Below are positions 14,501-26,699 of a DNA stretch of 58,102 nucleotides, in pieces. This DNA is from Catajapyx aquilonaris (taxonomy: Eukaryota), in contig JYFJ02002379.1 in NCBI GenBank assembly GCA_000934665.2, positions 1 through 58,102 on the forward strand. The letters run 5' to 3'. A program made the translations under genes and the position numbers. The notes beneath the pieces are model-generated. The model was not told the origin of the DNA. It ran no database searches and saw nothing but the letters and a program-made list of their open reading frames with translations. Within the stretch, counting starts at the first letter, position 1. Every line of letters begins with the position of its first letter.

Positions 14501-17164
14501 ACATGTATTGGCTCGTGTGACTTTCCCATGCCAAACACGCGTTTCTTCCTTTTCCGCCTCGGATTTATTGAACCGTTCTGTTTACCCAGTAGAGAGGCCA
14601 CAAAGGGACGAACCGACAACCTCATCCTGCAGAGTAGCGTACCTTTGAAACACGTTTGTTCAGCAGGTCACATAAGCGGTAGGGGGAACGCATTTCTGAG
14701 TGATGTGGCTGGACAAAATTTCACTGGCTGCATTTCAAAAACTGATATTTTGTCAAGTTACTAACTTTAGGGCTCCAATTGCAACAGCTTCCCTTGTATA
14801 GAGCACACATTTTAATCTATTTATCTCTCTAAAAGCATCCCAAAAACTGAGTCTCGCTGAAAGTGCTTAGCATTATTTTGTGAGGCTTAATGTAATTGGT
14901 TAGGTAAAAGAGGAGCCCTTTTTAAGCATCTGTTCATTATCGAAGTACACCGAATAGAACCTTCAATTTATCTAATTTAAAAATGAACGCCACGTAATTT
15001 TTACGTACTTAATTTTTCCCGATTTTGCCCAGCCTTAATAAAGCAATTTATGACCTAACCTATTATATTGAAAATTTTTACAACCGCATCTTTCTTCGTC
15101 ACCTCCTGAGACCCGGAGTACAGTATACTGTACCTTTGTTTTTTTACGCGTTTGAGTTAGTCAGAAGGTGCTGGAAAAAACAAAGGTACAGTATACTGTC
15201 CCAGGGGTCTCAGGAGGATGTGGCAATTTATATTTTATTTCGACAAGCACAACAACGTCCCCGATGTATCATTATAAAAGTGAGTATTAAAGGGGCAACT
15301 TGTGTTTAAAATTGTTTAAAAAAGAAAACGGGGGTGTTATTATTATTACAGTCGGTATTTAAAGTATACCAGTATTTCCCAAGTCGCAAAATAAATTGTT
15401 TAATCCATACGGTGTTCAAAGCTCTTCGCGCAGGCTTTTATCGCATAAAAGTCCAAATAATAGAATACAATAAATGAATACAATCCGCCCATACATTCAT
15501 TGTCCTCCATAAACAAGAATTGAACAAGGAGTTAAAATGATAATTTGCAAATAAATCCTCACCGTCACGACCGTCTGAAGGCAACGATTTGTCTCCCTCT
15601 CGTTAACTTGTGCAGAATTAATGAGTTCTCGCTCTCGGTTAAGCCCCTTTTGGGATACAAGCCCTCGCTCGGGACGATTTTCCACAGGCACAGACTTCCT
15701 ACAGGAAACCACGTATCTCTAGAACTACTAGGATCGCTTTGCCCCCCCCTCTTCCTCGCTTCACCCTTCTTTACCATTAAAGGACTAAGGTCCCACACCC
15801 CACCTTCCCTTCCCTTAGCCAACCTACCTCTTGCCATTAACATCTGCGGAATTCCCCAAACTGTTCTCTTTTTATTTGGAAAGTCCAGTGGCATCGCGTG
15901 CCGAGCAAAAATCGTCGTCGCGACGGATAGGAACGGTTTCTGGTGTGTCCGGATTGTCTTCTCCCCGGAGAGTGACTTTCACCTGCTCCTACCCCCCCGA
16001 AAAGAGATGGAAGCTCAGGGAGACCACTTCATTAAGGAGAGGAATTAAAGGAGCAGTTGGAACACTTGGGTCCCCCCTTTTCCTCGACTTTTAGTTAGAT
16101 TCGATAGAAGACTAGAGTAGGAGTAACCATGACTTTCAAAGCCCTGTCCTACTTTTTCCCCATGGATACATGAGATCAGCGCAGGTCATCGATTCCTTGT
16201 CTGCCAGGTGCCCATGATTTTCATTATATGCTCATCAGCGCATCGTAACTTGAAAGTAAGATTAATTAAAACGAAAGTTTTTAATTTCTGATTACATGCT
16301 GTCATACACTATGCATAAATATGTTTACAGCTATGGTCGATTATTTTTACTTTTCCTATTTTCATATTTCTTAAGAATTTTAATTTTAATGGATGATGAA
16401 ATTGCGAAATTGCTCTTGCATGTAATATGGCGCCTTCAGGTATAAATAAAGCTGATTACTTTTTATTGAAGTCAAGTTTATAACAGCAGCATTTAACACG
16501 AATCCCCACTTTTCCCTCAAAATTCATAATAATAATGGCTCCAGGCTTACAGTATGTACAGTTTTGTGCATAAAAACTGTTGGAAATATCCACTTGGTTG
16601 TAATTTGCTATATTTTGGTAATTAAAAACTCGTGCTTCTCAGAGGATCTAAAAATATACTGCAACCTGAAACTAAACTAAACCACCACAGTTATTTATAG
16701 CAAACTTTTTAGCACGTTCAATTTTTACCAAAATCATATAAGGGGTCCTGTGAACCCTACAATTGGAATCTTCCATCTCTTTTATTTTTTCCTTCTTCCT
16801 CCTTTTCCCTTCTTCTCTCTTTCTACAACTCCAGATGCTGGTCAATGTCCGAGTCCGATTCTCCTCACCGCCAAATCTCCCCCTTTTGTCTATAAGATGG
16901 AAGCTAGAAATGGGACTTTGGGATCGAAAAGCCTTTTAGGCTTGACCTGAAGGGAAAGGGGGATTCCTTCAATCCAGAAACGATTCGAAGAGCATTCTTT
17001 TTTTGTGGTCCGGATTTTTTTTAGTCCCTTTTGCCTTGGAATCTGGAATGGTGAGAGGTTCCACACGTTCAGTTTAAAATGTCGATATTTTTTTGAAGAG
17101 ATGTCAACCACCAAGAATGTCGAAGTTCCATTGTTGTTATTATTCAATTTTACTGTAATCACGA

Positions 17165-17204
17165 CCTAACCTAACCTAACCTAACCTAACCTAACCTAAC
17201 CTAA
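17165..17204 (-). repeat. Interstitial (TTAGG)8, arthropod-type telomeric repeat
   Basis: Eight perfect CCTAA units on the + strand. A shorter TTAGG run occurs at ~55043-55058. Confidence 0.9.
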
Positions 17205-19900
17205 CCCCTCAGTTAATTCCATCTTACAAATATTGCTAATACTAATTATCATTATAGTTAATTAATAATTTCATACCCACATGTGCAAAATATGACCGAA
17301 ATAGCACCAAAGAGCTCTTTCAATTAGCGATCGAATGAGTCCCCATGAACAAATTCGTGTGATATCATATCCGTTTCATAACGCATAGGCATTAATTATA
17401 TGACAATTCGTGCCTCCAATCCAACACTTCACCACCACGAAAGGATGGAAAAAAGGTTCCCTCCATGTAGAGAATGAACCTCTGTTGAAAAGGCAGTCGT
17501 GCGAATTGGGCGGAAGTGGTATGGGTTGCATGGCTCAGTATCGTCCTGTGCACAAAACTGGAAAGCAAGGCGACAACACGCAGCTTTTTGGGACAGTACT
17601 TTTCACATTGGTCCTTTCCAGGAATATAACAGTCAACATGAGGTATTTTTGGAATTCCATTGGAAACCGATGGCGGTGTGCTATCTGCCTGTATAATGAC
17701 AGCAAACTAAATTAAAGAATCAGGAACAAAGCCCTATAAGTGTCTATCTGAAAATAACCCCACTCGATACCAATTAAGTGGGACAACCATGATGAAACCA
17801 GTTATAATTAATATATAGATCAACCTATATGAATAGAGTCATTATATTGACTAAACACTCATGCTGAAATGCAATGATTTGGCAAGTACACAAAAGCCAT
17901 GGGTATGTATACATATTGGACAAAATTGGAAATATAAATAATGTGAAATTTTGTTGTCATTTGGGAAAGGTTCGAAATTTGTAGTAAATTTTCGTCTGAA
18001 GTATTATAACTTGGAATAACAACAAATTGCAGATTAGGGAAAATATAGTGTACATTTTCAAGCAACTTAGAACACTTACACTTGCTTAAACGCTTATTTG
18101 TCCGACAATTTCAACATGTCAGATCCTCTGAAAGTTTATACTGTAGCAAGATGACTGGCAATTTCGAGTATATCGAGCCGCCACCCTGAACTGCACCCTT
18201 ATGAAAATTCAGAGGAGAAAGCATGGCAACCCTTAAGAGTTGGCGCTCACACGCCTTTCAAACAGGCGATTCGATCTCTCTTTTTACCCCCACCATCCTC
18301 CCCCATCTTCCGCTTGCCCCCCAAATGCTCCTGATCAGATGAAATGCCCCCGCGCGCCCCGGGAAAGGACCACGTTTTCATTCCATGTACTCCTCTATAG
18401 GATTATTTCCCTCCTTCCCCTCCTCTACCCTCCTTTTCTCCAAAAGTGTGCATATAGCACTCGGGAGATTCACGAAGAACTTTTCTGGGACCAAACCCCC
18501 CCCGATCCAACCCTCAAGCAAGTATAAAGTTAAACCTGACGTGGAAAAGGGGATAAAGGCCGCTGGCAGCTGTAAAATAAGTCTCTTCGGTTTCTGAAAC
18601 CGCTAAGGAAGTGTCGGACCGGATTTTATTTTCATGACAAAACTGGCAATAAAATTAACCGCTCCATATTGCGGCAAATCCTTACCTTGTGTTGGGGGGT
18701 GTCATGATATTGCACATTCCTTTCGGTGAATGCCACTTTATTGGTGGAGCTTCATTATGGCAAATCCTCAAATGAGAGAGATTAATGAGGAGGAGGTTCA
18801 AAATTATTGACACTCTAATGTGTTTCATGGGTAATGATCGCCGTCTCTGATAATGTTCTAGTTATCTAGTAAATCAAAATGAAGTAGATGGTTTCTTCTA
18901 AAAAAATTTAAAAAAAGACAGATATGTACTGTACATACTCCTACAGTTGCAGTTATTTTAATTATGTCCATTTTTTCAATTTTGCATTGCTTTATAAACA
19001 ATTCATTTTAATATGCAATAATTTATCCATATTAAATATATGCCTATAAAGAAACATGATTCAACACAACAAGCATTAACTTTTTTTTTTTTTTTAAAGA
19101 GAGAAGCTCTGTATATATATGTACAATTTAAAATGAGACTGTTTTTATGCGCAAAAACCCAACATTGGTGTGTCGCCAAAAATATTCTCTTTTTACAACC
19201 TAAAACAGCAATTTCTAAGCAAATATACGCCAACTTTTGAGGTAATCCCAAATATTTCCTCTCTCCAGTCATCCAGCTCATATATGTATATTTTGCCAAG
19301 CTTTCCGTTGTAGCTCTTCAAATTTTGGCACGAACAAGTTTAGATCAACAACAAAAAATTCTCCTAAAAAAATGAGAGAAGTGACAAAAAATGGAGTGGT
19401 GTAAGACTGTAAGGGAATACTTGAATTGCTGTTGATTCTGCCAGCTCCACTAATAACACACTCAGAGCACAAGCTTCGGCTACGAATCCAGAAAACCAAG
19501 CTTGGATACAAACATCAAAAGTTCTTGGTTCCCTTTCCTCCATTTCAAAATGTATATCCCCCCCCCCCCAGAAAGAGAGTGTCAAGGACGGTGCAAGAAG
19601 TATAATTTCACGAGAGGATGTCGAATTCCAGGAGACCTGACTTGCTTTTTAAACTACCGGTTCACCACCTCATTTTGACAGTTTGAAAGAGAAATGTCTG
19701 AAACGCTAATTAAGGGTGGAATTGGCAGTAATTCAACATGCTGATTCTCCCACAGCTATGCAGCCCAGAATCGCAGGAAAAACAAGCTTAAATCAACAAG
19801 TAAACGACATCCTGAAAATTTAAGTCAGGTTTTCCCGAGGGGTTACTTACGAAGTCCTTCCTACATCTAGACTGAAATCTGGTTGAAAGTCCAGTTGAAG

Positions 19901-20051
19901 GACCGTTACAACATGACCGTTGAAATCCGACTGTTACAACATGACCGTTGAAATCCGACCGTTACTACATGACCGTTGAAATCCGACCGTTACAACATGA
20001 CCGTTGAAATCCGACCGTTACTACATGACCGTTTAAAAATGACCGTTACAT
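19901..20051. repeat. 28-bp (2x14) tandem repeat GACCGTTACAACATGACCGTTGAAATCC, ~5 copies
   Basis: ACCGTT recurs every ~14 bp; no variable spacers. Confidence 0.92.
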
Positions 20052-22635
20052 GTCCAGTCTTGAATAATTGTGGCCTGTTATTTTTAAAATGATTGTATTA
20101 TATGAAATTTAAAAAAATTGAGGTAATTTGAGTGAAAATGTAACATGTATTGATCACACCTGACCCAACCAACTCCACCACTTGTGATGCACCAGTCACG
20201 TCCCAACTGGCGTAACTACCAGATAAACAGCCCTCCTTTCCCTCCGTGACTGTCCTGGCCGATTAGAACAAAACGTCCCCCATACTATTCGGGTTCTAGG
20301 CGATTCTCTCACCGATCTACTATGAAAATTAGTAGCTTTCCTAGTTTTTGTGACTGCCCCGGGCCCTTCCTTCGGGTATATACTCGAAACGACAGCATTG
20401 CAAGAGGCCATATCTCTGGAAAAGTGAAGGCCAAAGCGTCGCGGTGAGTCTCCGGAGGACCCCAGCACCAACCATAATGCAGGTAGACCGGGCGAGAAGC
20501 CGCGCAGGGCTGTTTGGCTTTGAATAAAACATGGGCCAACCAAGGATTGGGACATAGACATGGTCAGAACCCCAAAAAGAAGGGAGTTTGGTGGTACGAG
20601 GGGGGTGCTTTCTAGGATAGATCGAAGAGAAAGGTGGCGGGGGAGTAGGTGTTGGGAGCTAGAGAGGTGTTGGCGCAGAGTGCGGGCCTTTCAATTATTT
20701 CACTCTCTGGCGCACAAGCAGCCTCCAGGGATACTGGCTCAGATGCACTCGTCCCATGCCTAATTCAAGATGCTTGCTTCCCAACATGCATTTGCCGCCA
20801 CTCACACTTTTATACCCATTCGACACGACTGACTAGAATTTTGAGTGGTTTTCATCCCCACTGTATACAGGACAGGCAGTGATACAGGCGCATAACTGGT
20901 ACAGTAATAGTTTCATTAAATGCCCCCCAAAAAATTGTGGGTATAAACTATTCATTTCAATTCCCAGAGCAGGATGTAAACGAATTTCTGTGCGTGCCTT
21001 TGATATAGATGATCACTTGCAAGCCTATATTGGGTTAGCAATGCGTTTCTATTACTATAATTAGAGTACGGAAGTAATAAGTGAGTTGCACAAAAAAAAA
21101 TAGATTCCATAAGAACAGGAAATTGATCCTGAGAAAGCAGCGGACATCGTAATGACCATAATTTGACGGTGCGATGAAGCCGATGGACACGAAACTTTCA
21201 ACTTATGCTAAATCGCATGCGAAATGGTCTCTCTCTCTCATCCATATATATCCACCGACCCCCTCTTTCAACCCCCCAATTCCCGCTTACACATTCATCG
21301 TCAGGCGGTCATCAGTTTGGATTTGTAGTTTCCCATCATGAGCACTTTCCATCCCAGACAAATAATTAATTTCCACACACGGTGTCACTAATGGCTCCCC
21401 CCCCCCCCCNCCAAAAAAAAAAAAAACCGATGACCCCTCGGGTCTCTGTGAAAGCAATCCTATATGAAACGAGGGCCACACAGCAAACTCTTTTCCATTG
21501 CCAAATATTCCAGTGGAGCGTGTAATCTGAACATATGCGCCGAGTGTACAGCGACAATGAGACCTGAACAAATGCCCTGGACTGGACTTACACACGGATG
21601 GCTAAGCCTTGACGAGCAGTCGGAATCATGTATCCGGAGGGATTAGCGGATTAATACTGGTAGGGGTGGCCAACTAACTAGTGGGTGGTTAAAAGAGACA
21701 GAGGGGGGGAAAGTGGGGGAATATGGGAGGTAGAGTGGGGGACTAAAATCCTCTTCTGCTAAAGCTTCTCTATCATTATGCATAATGAAGCGAGAATTGG
21801 TCAACCTGATTTTGGAGCGGTGTTATTACCGAGTGCTGGGTAGCTATCCCTAAAATTCCTTGACTTGCCTCAAAATGTCCCTACTTATCTACAGAGCCCG
21901 GATAGAGGCTTAAGTTGGAACAGGGTTCTGTTCCAACAATAATCATACCTAAAAACAATTGTTAATATTTTTTTGCACACTTTTCAACATAAAATTGAGC
22001 AATCGTTATGAACAAATACCATACCATTTGACCTTTTCGTTTTCCCCATTCGCTTCCTTTCTGGTTTATTACAAGTCCCAAAATATCCATCCGTGCCATG
22101 TGCCATGGGCTTGTCATGAATTTTAATCCCGTGTTTCATGCTGGTGCCTCACAATTGTAAATTCCGTGGCAAATTCATAACTATCTGAATGTTACAGACT
22201 CCTATATACAGATGCAAACCTCCATTTGTCCGAGTTATATCCGGCCACTGTCCACTGTCCGGATCGGACCTGCAAAAACGGGACCTACATCCAGTGCTAG
22301 TTCAATATTCAAAGTCCATAACCTGTAACTAATCCCTATTGGTATTGTTGTCTTTTTTTAAAAGTATAATCACACACTGTCCTCCACTACTTCTTCAATA
22401 ATAGAAGCTTTGTCAACATTTTAATTAGCCTTTGCGGCTTGCATAACGCATGCTTAAAAAATATCAAAAGCCACATGAATGCAAGGGAAGCTTATAGGGT
22501 GCGAACTCATCGCTTTTGTTTGAGCTCTATGGCTGTGGTCATTATACGTTGATAACCAACCCACATGATTTATGATCGGTGGATTTACGTCATAGAGAAT
22601 CTATGAAATATTTGGGTGTACGGATAAATTCGAAT

Positions 22636-22724
22636 CCCACCAAAAACATTTCTGTAAAAAAAAGGCCAAGTTCTCCTGACTGCTTGGCCGTCAAAAGTGG
22701 TGAAATCTGAAATACGGCCAAGTT
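22636..22724 (-). mobile_element. 5'-truncated copy of SINE family A with a 30-bp flanking direct repeat
   Basis: Reverse complement of 1128-1215. Direct repeats at 22606-22635 and 22756-22785 (1 mismatch), with filler made of partial copies of the target at the 5' junction. Confidence 0.85.
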
Positions 22725-24157
22725 ATGTATATTAATATTTGGGTATATATTGGGTAAATATTTGGGTGTACGGATAAGTTCGAATCTAGTTTTATCCTCA
22801 GAAATTGCTGCCCATATGATTCGGGTGCGAAAAACTTTTTTTGTAACAACACCCCCCCCCCCCCTCTAGAAAATAACAGAGCAAGCTAACAGACATTAGC
22901 ATGAGTTCCCTGGGAAAAAGGAAAAGCCGAGAGGTGGTAATGTGCAAATAGCGAGGGCTCCGCTAGTAATGAGAATTTTCCATTAGCAAAACCGAGGGAT
23001 GAGGGATGAAAGATGCAAGAGGCAACGTCTGCTGGCTACCACTTGATTGCAGCTAAACCCCCCCTCATCCTACACACCAAACCCTCCCTACCTGAAAACC
23101 AGAGAAAACGGTGATTTAGGCCCTCGGACTAAATTCATCAGCCCCCTCTAATGTCCCTATGTTCCCTCGAGGAACCACCCCAAAAAAATTGGTTGATTTA
23201 CTCCAACTTTCCGGATGGTCCTATCCTTTTCGAAATTAGCCTCTAAAACGTATGGTGTTGCACGTTTTCGGATTCATCATTTCTCTGCAAATTCGACTAT
23301 TATTTAGGGTGTCGCCCGATGTTGTTGGCTGGAAAAGCTAATTGAAATCGTTTTTCATCCAGGCGTTGATACCATAGGGAAAAGTTAGGGAAAATGGTGG
23401 ATGAGTGGTGGAGATTATGTCTGGAATGGTTCATAAGTCTGTGTCGATTAGCACCTTAGTTTAACTCTGATGATGTATTATAAGGATGCATAGTCTGGCT
23501 CGTATCATATTAACTCATGCCTAATTTATACTGATGGATACCATATTTTGCAGACTATCTTTGTGCATATGACATTCTTTTATTGCCATCTTTGCACTCA
23601 ACAAATATTTTTTTTCTTAGAAATGTTTTATTTATATATTTATGGAAGTGTTGGCACGACCCAGCTCAACGAAGGTCGTAGGGGGGGGGGGGGGGNTTCC
23701 TTGGACGACTCAGAAGAACAAGCAACACTTTCTCGTCTTGTTACTTGTCTGATTTTTCTTCAGTTTTTTTTTATCAGATTCGACGACGTACAGGGCAGTC
23801 AAAAAAAAAAAGATGGGGGAAAAAAAAACTTGATCCCTGGACTACATTTTCCACCTTGGTTTTGATGAAAAAAGGGCGGAAAATCCCGGGATGGTGGAGT
23901 GTAGCTGACCAATCCGCCCATCAAGTCATAGATCTCTCCAAATGTTCTATAAGAAGGATTAGGGTGGCAATATCGCGGCTATCGATCCTGATGAAATGGC
24001 CTGTGCGCCACACGGAGACGGAAACATCAATTCCACCACCATTGCAACATTATATCTTTACTCTCACGCTTATTAATAGAAAAAAAAAGACAACTTCAAG
24101 CTCCAATACCTTCTGTGAGTATGACGTCATTGGGTTATATAACACTGACACTTTCAT

Positions 24158-24220
24158 ATAAGGTAGCAAATATAAGGTAACTAATATTTATAAGGTAGCA
24201 AATATAAGGTAGCAAATATT
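24158..24220 (+). repeat. Short tandem ATAAGGTAGCAAAT x4
   Basis: Read directly; one unit is degenerate (ataaggtaactaat). Confidence 0.85.
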
Positions 24221-25767
24221 ATGACGCATGATGTTAAAAATTGGCGCAAAATTTTGCATACAATTTAAACAATAAAAATGATACTAAAAATAGCTAGTAT
24301 TTTACAGCACTACTACTGAGTTATAAAATGACAGTTGAGTTGATCCAGATGACAATCACGGTGAGTTTACAACGGGGCATTACAAATTTCTTGAAGGAGT
24401 AAACCATTTTGGTATATAAACCTGTGAGAATGGCCAGAGTTTAATGCTAGGTTGATGTTTTCTAGTCTGAAAACCAGAGTCGGTAGATAGGCCTGCTGGC
24501 AGTGGCTATATGAACTTTTTATGACATAATTTATCTCCTCTTTTACTGGTCTCCAAATTTTTTGCTCGAGGGCCAAAACACTCACAGTTCCCAAAATTTA
24601 CGGGTTGTTCCATTTGGTCCAATGTTCATCGGCGGTAATAATGATAAAAGCAACATGGACGCCAATGGAGCTCGTCAGGAGCTATTGTCCGCTGGCGAAA
24701 TAATTCACAAAGTGGTAATTTTCATTGCCAGACTATTCTCCACAACTCCCTCCCACCAAAGACACATTGGATTTACCATGTTTACGTAGAATGTTAAACA
24801 TGGCAACATAACCAACAAACGGTGGTACAATATATAAATTCAATTTGTAAAATACTGCCAAGTGATTGGCAATTCACGACCGATGTTATTACAACTTCTG
24901 GTACGTAATGTGTGCCATGCGGTCAATAGAGTATGCTCTATTTGAAATGCTTCATGAAACAGAGCATAAATTGCGTTAATATTCCACTAACAACAGTTCA
25001 ATTTGCACCATCAACAAATATTAGGTTACAGCACTACATCTACTAGATTTTAATTACTGTACAGTATAATGAAAATTAGTTTTCTTTGCCTTTATGTATA
25101 ATATTGATTTTGATATGATATAGTAATGAAAAAGTTTCGGTCCGTGAGTTGCTGCTGTCACTGTAAATTTCGCCCGGAGCTCTTCTTTTGATTGCAAAAC
25201 GCATTTACCTAAAATGGGAAAAGTACTGAACACTACACAAATGTGCCACTTTTTATGCTGATGAATCCATACTGTGTAATTCAAACTGAATTACTGTATT
25301 TATTTGGCTGAATTTACTAAAATGGCCATAACCGTGTTAAAACTTTAGCTGAAAACCAATGGTAGACTTTAACACATTAATCTAACTGCATAGGCTCACA
25401 AAAATTTTGCTTAAGTATTTTTACAATATATTGCATCTTATTGTTTAATGATCAACTTTAAATTTAAATTTTACTTAATCCCTCGTTTCAATTTCAGATG
25501 ATAATAGCATAAGAATCTTACACCTCTAAAATCCTATATGCGCTTTCCCACTCCCTTTTAATATTTATTCATTACTAAGGAATTGAATTGCAAATTAATT
25601 GCTAATTATATTGCGTCGTCTCCCTCACGTCCCAAAATGAAGAACCGCAGTGATAAACTACCTTCAATTTGCTACACCAAATATAAACATTAATAAGAAA
25701 CGTTTAATTTCCCATAAAACTAATACAATGTTATGCAAATGGTGTGTGCCATAAAAGATATTCGTCC

Positions 25768-26133
25768 AGACAGAAGTGGTTAGAGTGGTCTAGAGAAAGT
25801 TAAAACATTTGTGGTTCGAACGTCGAGGCACCAGTTGGCAATGGCAAACGATGAACGATTATTAGGTGCCCCTTAGACAAAAAGGCGGCACACATTGCAC
25901 CATATGCTAGGAACTACGTACAGATAAATAATCCCCGTACTCTGCATAGATCGAGTCACTTCCGACGCCGTTACCGACGATGTCGTTATCGGTCGTTTGC
26001 TTAGGTTGAAGAAGTTGAGAATGCCAGTAATTGACAACGACGTTGAACTTGGCCGTATTTCAGATCTCACCACTTTTTACGGCCAAGCAGTCAGGAGAAC
26101 TTGGCCTTTATTTACAGAAATGTTTTTGGTGGG
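25768..26133 (+). mobile_element. tRNA-headed SINE, family A, apparent full-length copy (tail-less, ends TTTTTGGTGGG)
   Basis: A-box TGGTTAGAGTGG (25777-25788) and B-box GGTTCGAAC (25813-25821). The 3' 90-135 bp are near-identical to three other copies in the window. Confidence 0.65.
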
Positions 26134-26386
26134 ATGACTATTGTCATAAATATGCTGCACCCCAACACTCGGTACATTATACCGTCAGAGATCACTGAAA
26201 ACTGCACGATTATGTATTGTGTAATGGGGGTGATTATCCGGTAATTCTGCGCGGCATCCAAATCCTCATTTACAATGAACTACTGTTTAATCGCTCACTG
26301 ACATTATTTAATTCATACACAATGAACATACCATAAACAAATTATCAGATCCAGAAAGTAACTGCCATAGTTTGAACCGAACTTAC

Positions 26387-26699
26387 CTTTCCGATGTGGG
26401 ACCAAAGTTACCCGATCACACACTGGTCGTCACGTGAACCCTTGCCGGTAGCCGACACGTGATGAGTGTTCCGTCTTCCTGGCACAGCTGCGGCAGCGGA
26501 TTTGGGCGCAGCCTCACTCCATACCGCGCGTGCTACTGGCGGCACAAGCGGGTTGGGCTTGGACACTAGCACCTGCAGCATTGTGGGGGCGCCCTCCACC
26601 CTCAGCGGGCACTTCCTATTGGATGCACTTCAACACTTACATTGCCCACTTTGCACCACTGATGTCTTCATTATCAAAGAAACAGCAGGAGACATCTGT
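26387..26699 (-). other. Putative non-coding (5'UTR) exon of the minus-strand gene
   Basis: GC-rich block bounded on the minus strand by acceptor atttattgcag| (26700) and a consensus donor AAG|gtaagt (26387/26386). All three frames contain stops, and there is one internal uORF (MLQVLVSK...). Confidence 0.55.

Noticed and set aside
15545..16048. 167-aa ORF and similar ORFs at 9877-10269, 12221-12610, 20196-20561, 23745-24161
   Set aside because: Non-ATG or weak starts, homopolymer-driven composition, and no domain motifs or consistent splice boundaries; probably chance ORFs in GC-richer intronic islands.
19901..20051. CRISPR-like 28-bp repeats
   Set aside because: Units are contiguous with no unique spacers, there are no cas genes, and the context is eukaryotic.
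22636..22724. HDV-like or hammerhead ribozyme in the SINE A module
   Set aside because: No CUGAUGA/GAAA core, and the 12-nt segment inside the GGCCAAG/CTTGGCC stem is too short for the HDV P2/P3 pseudoknot.
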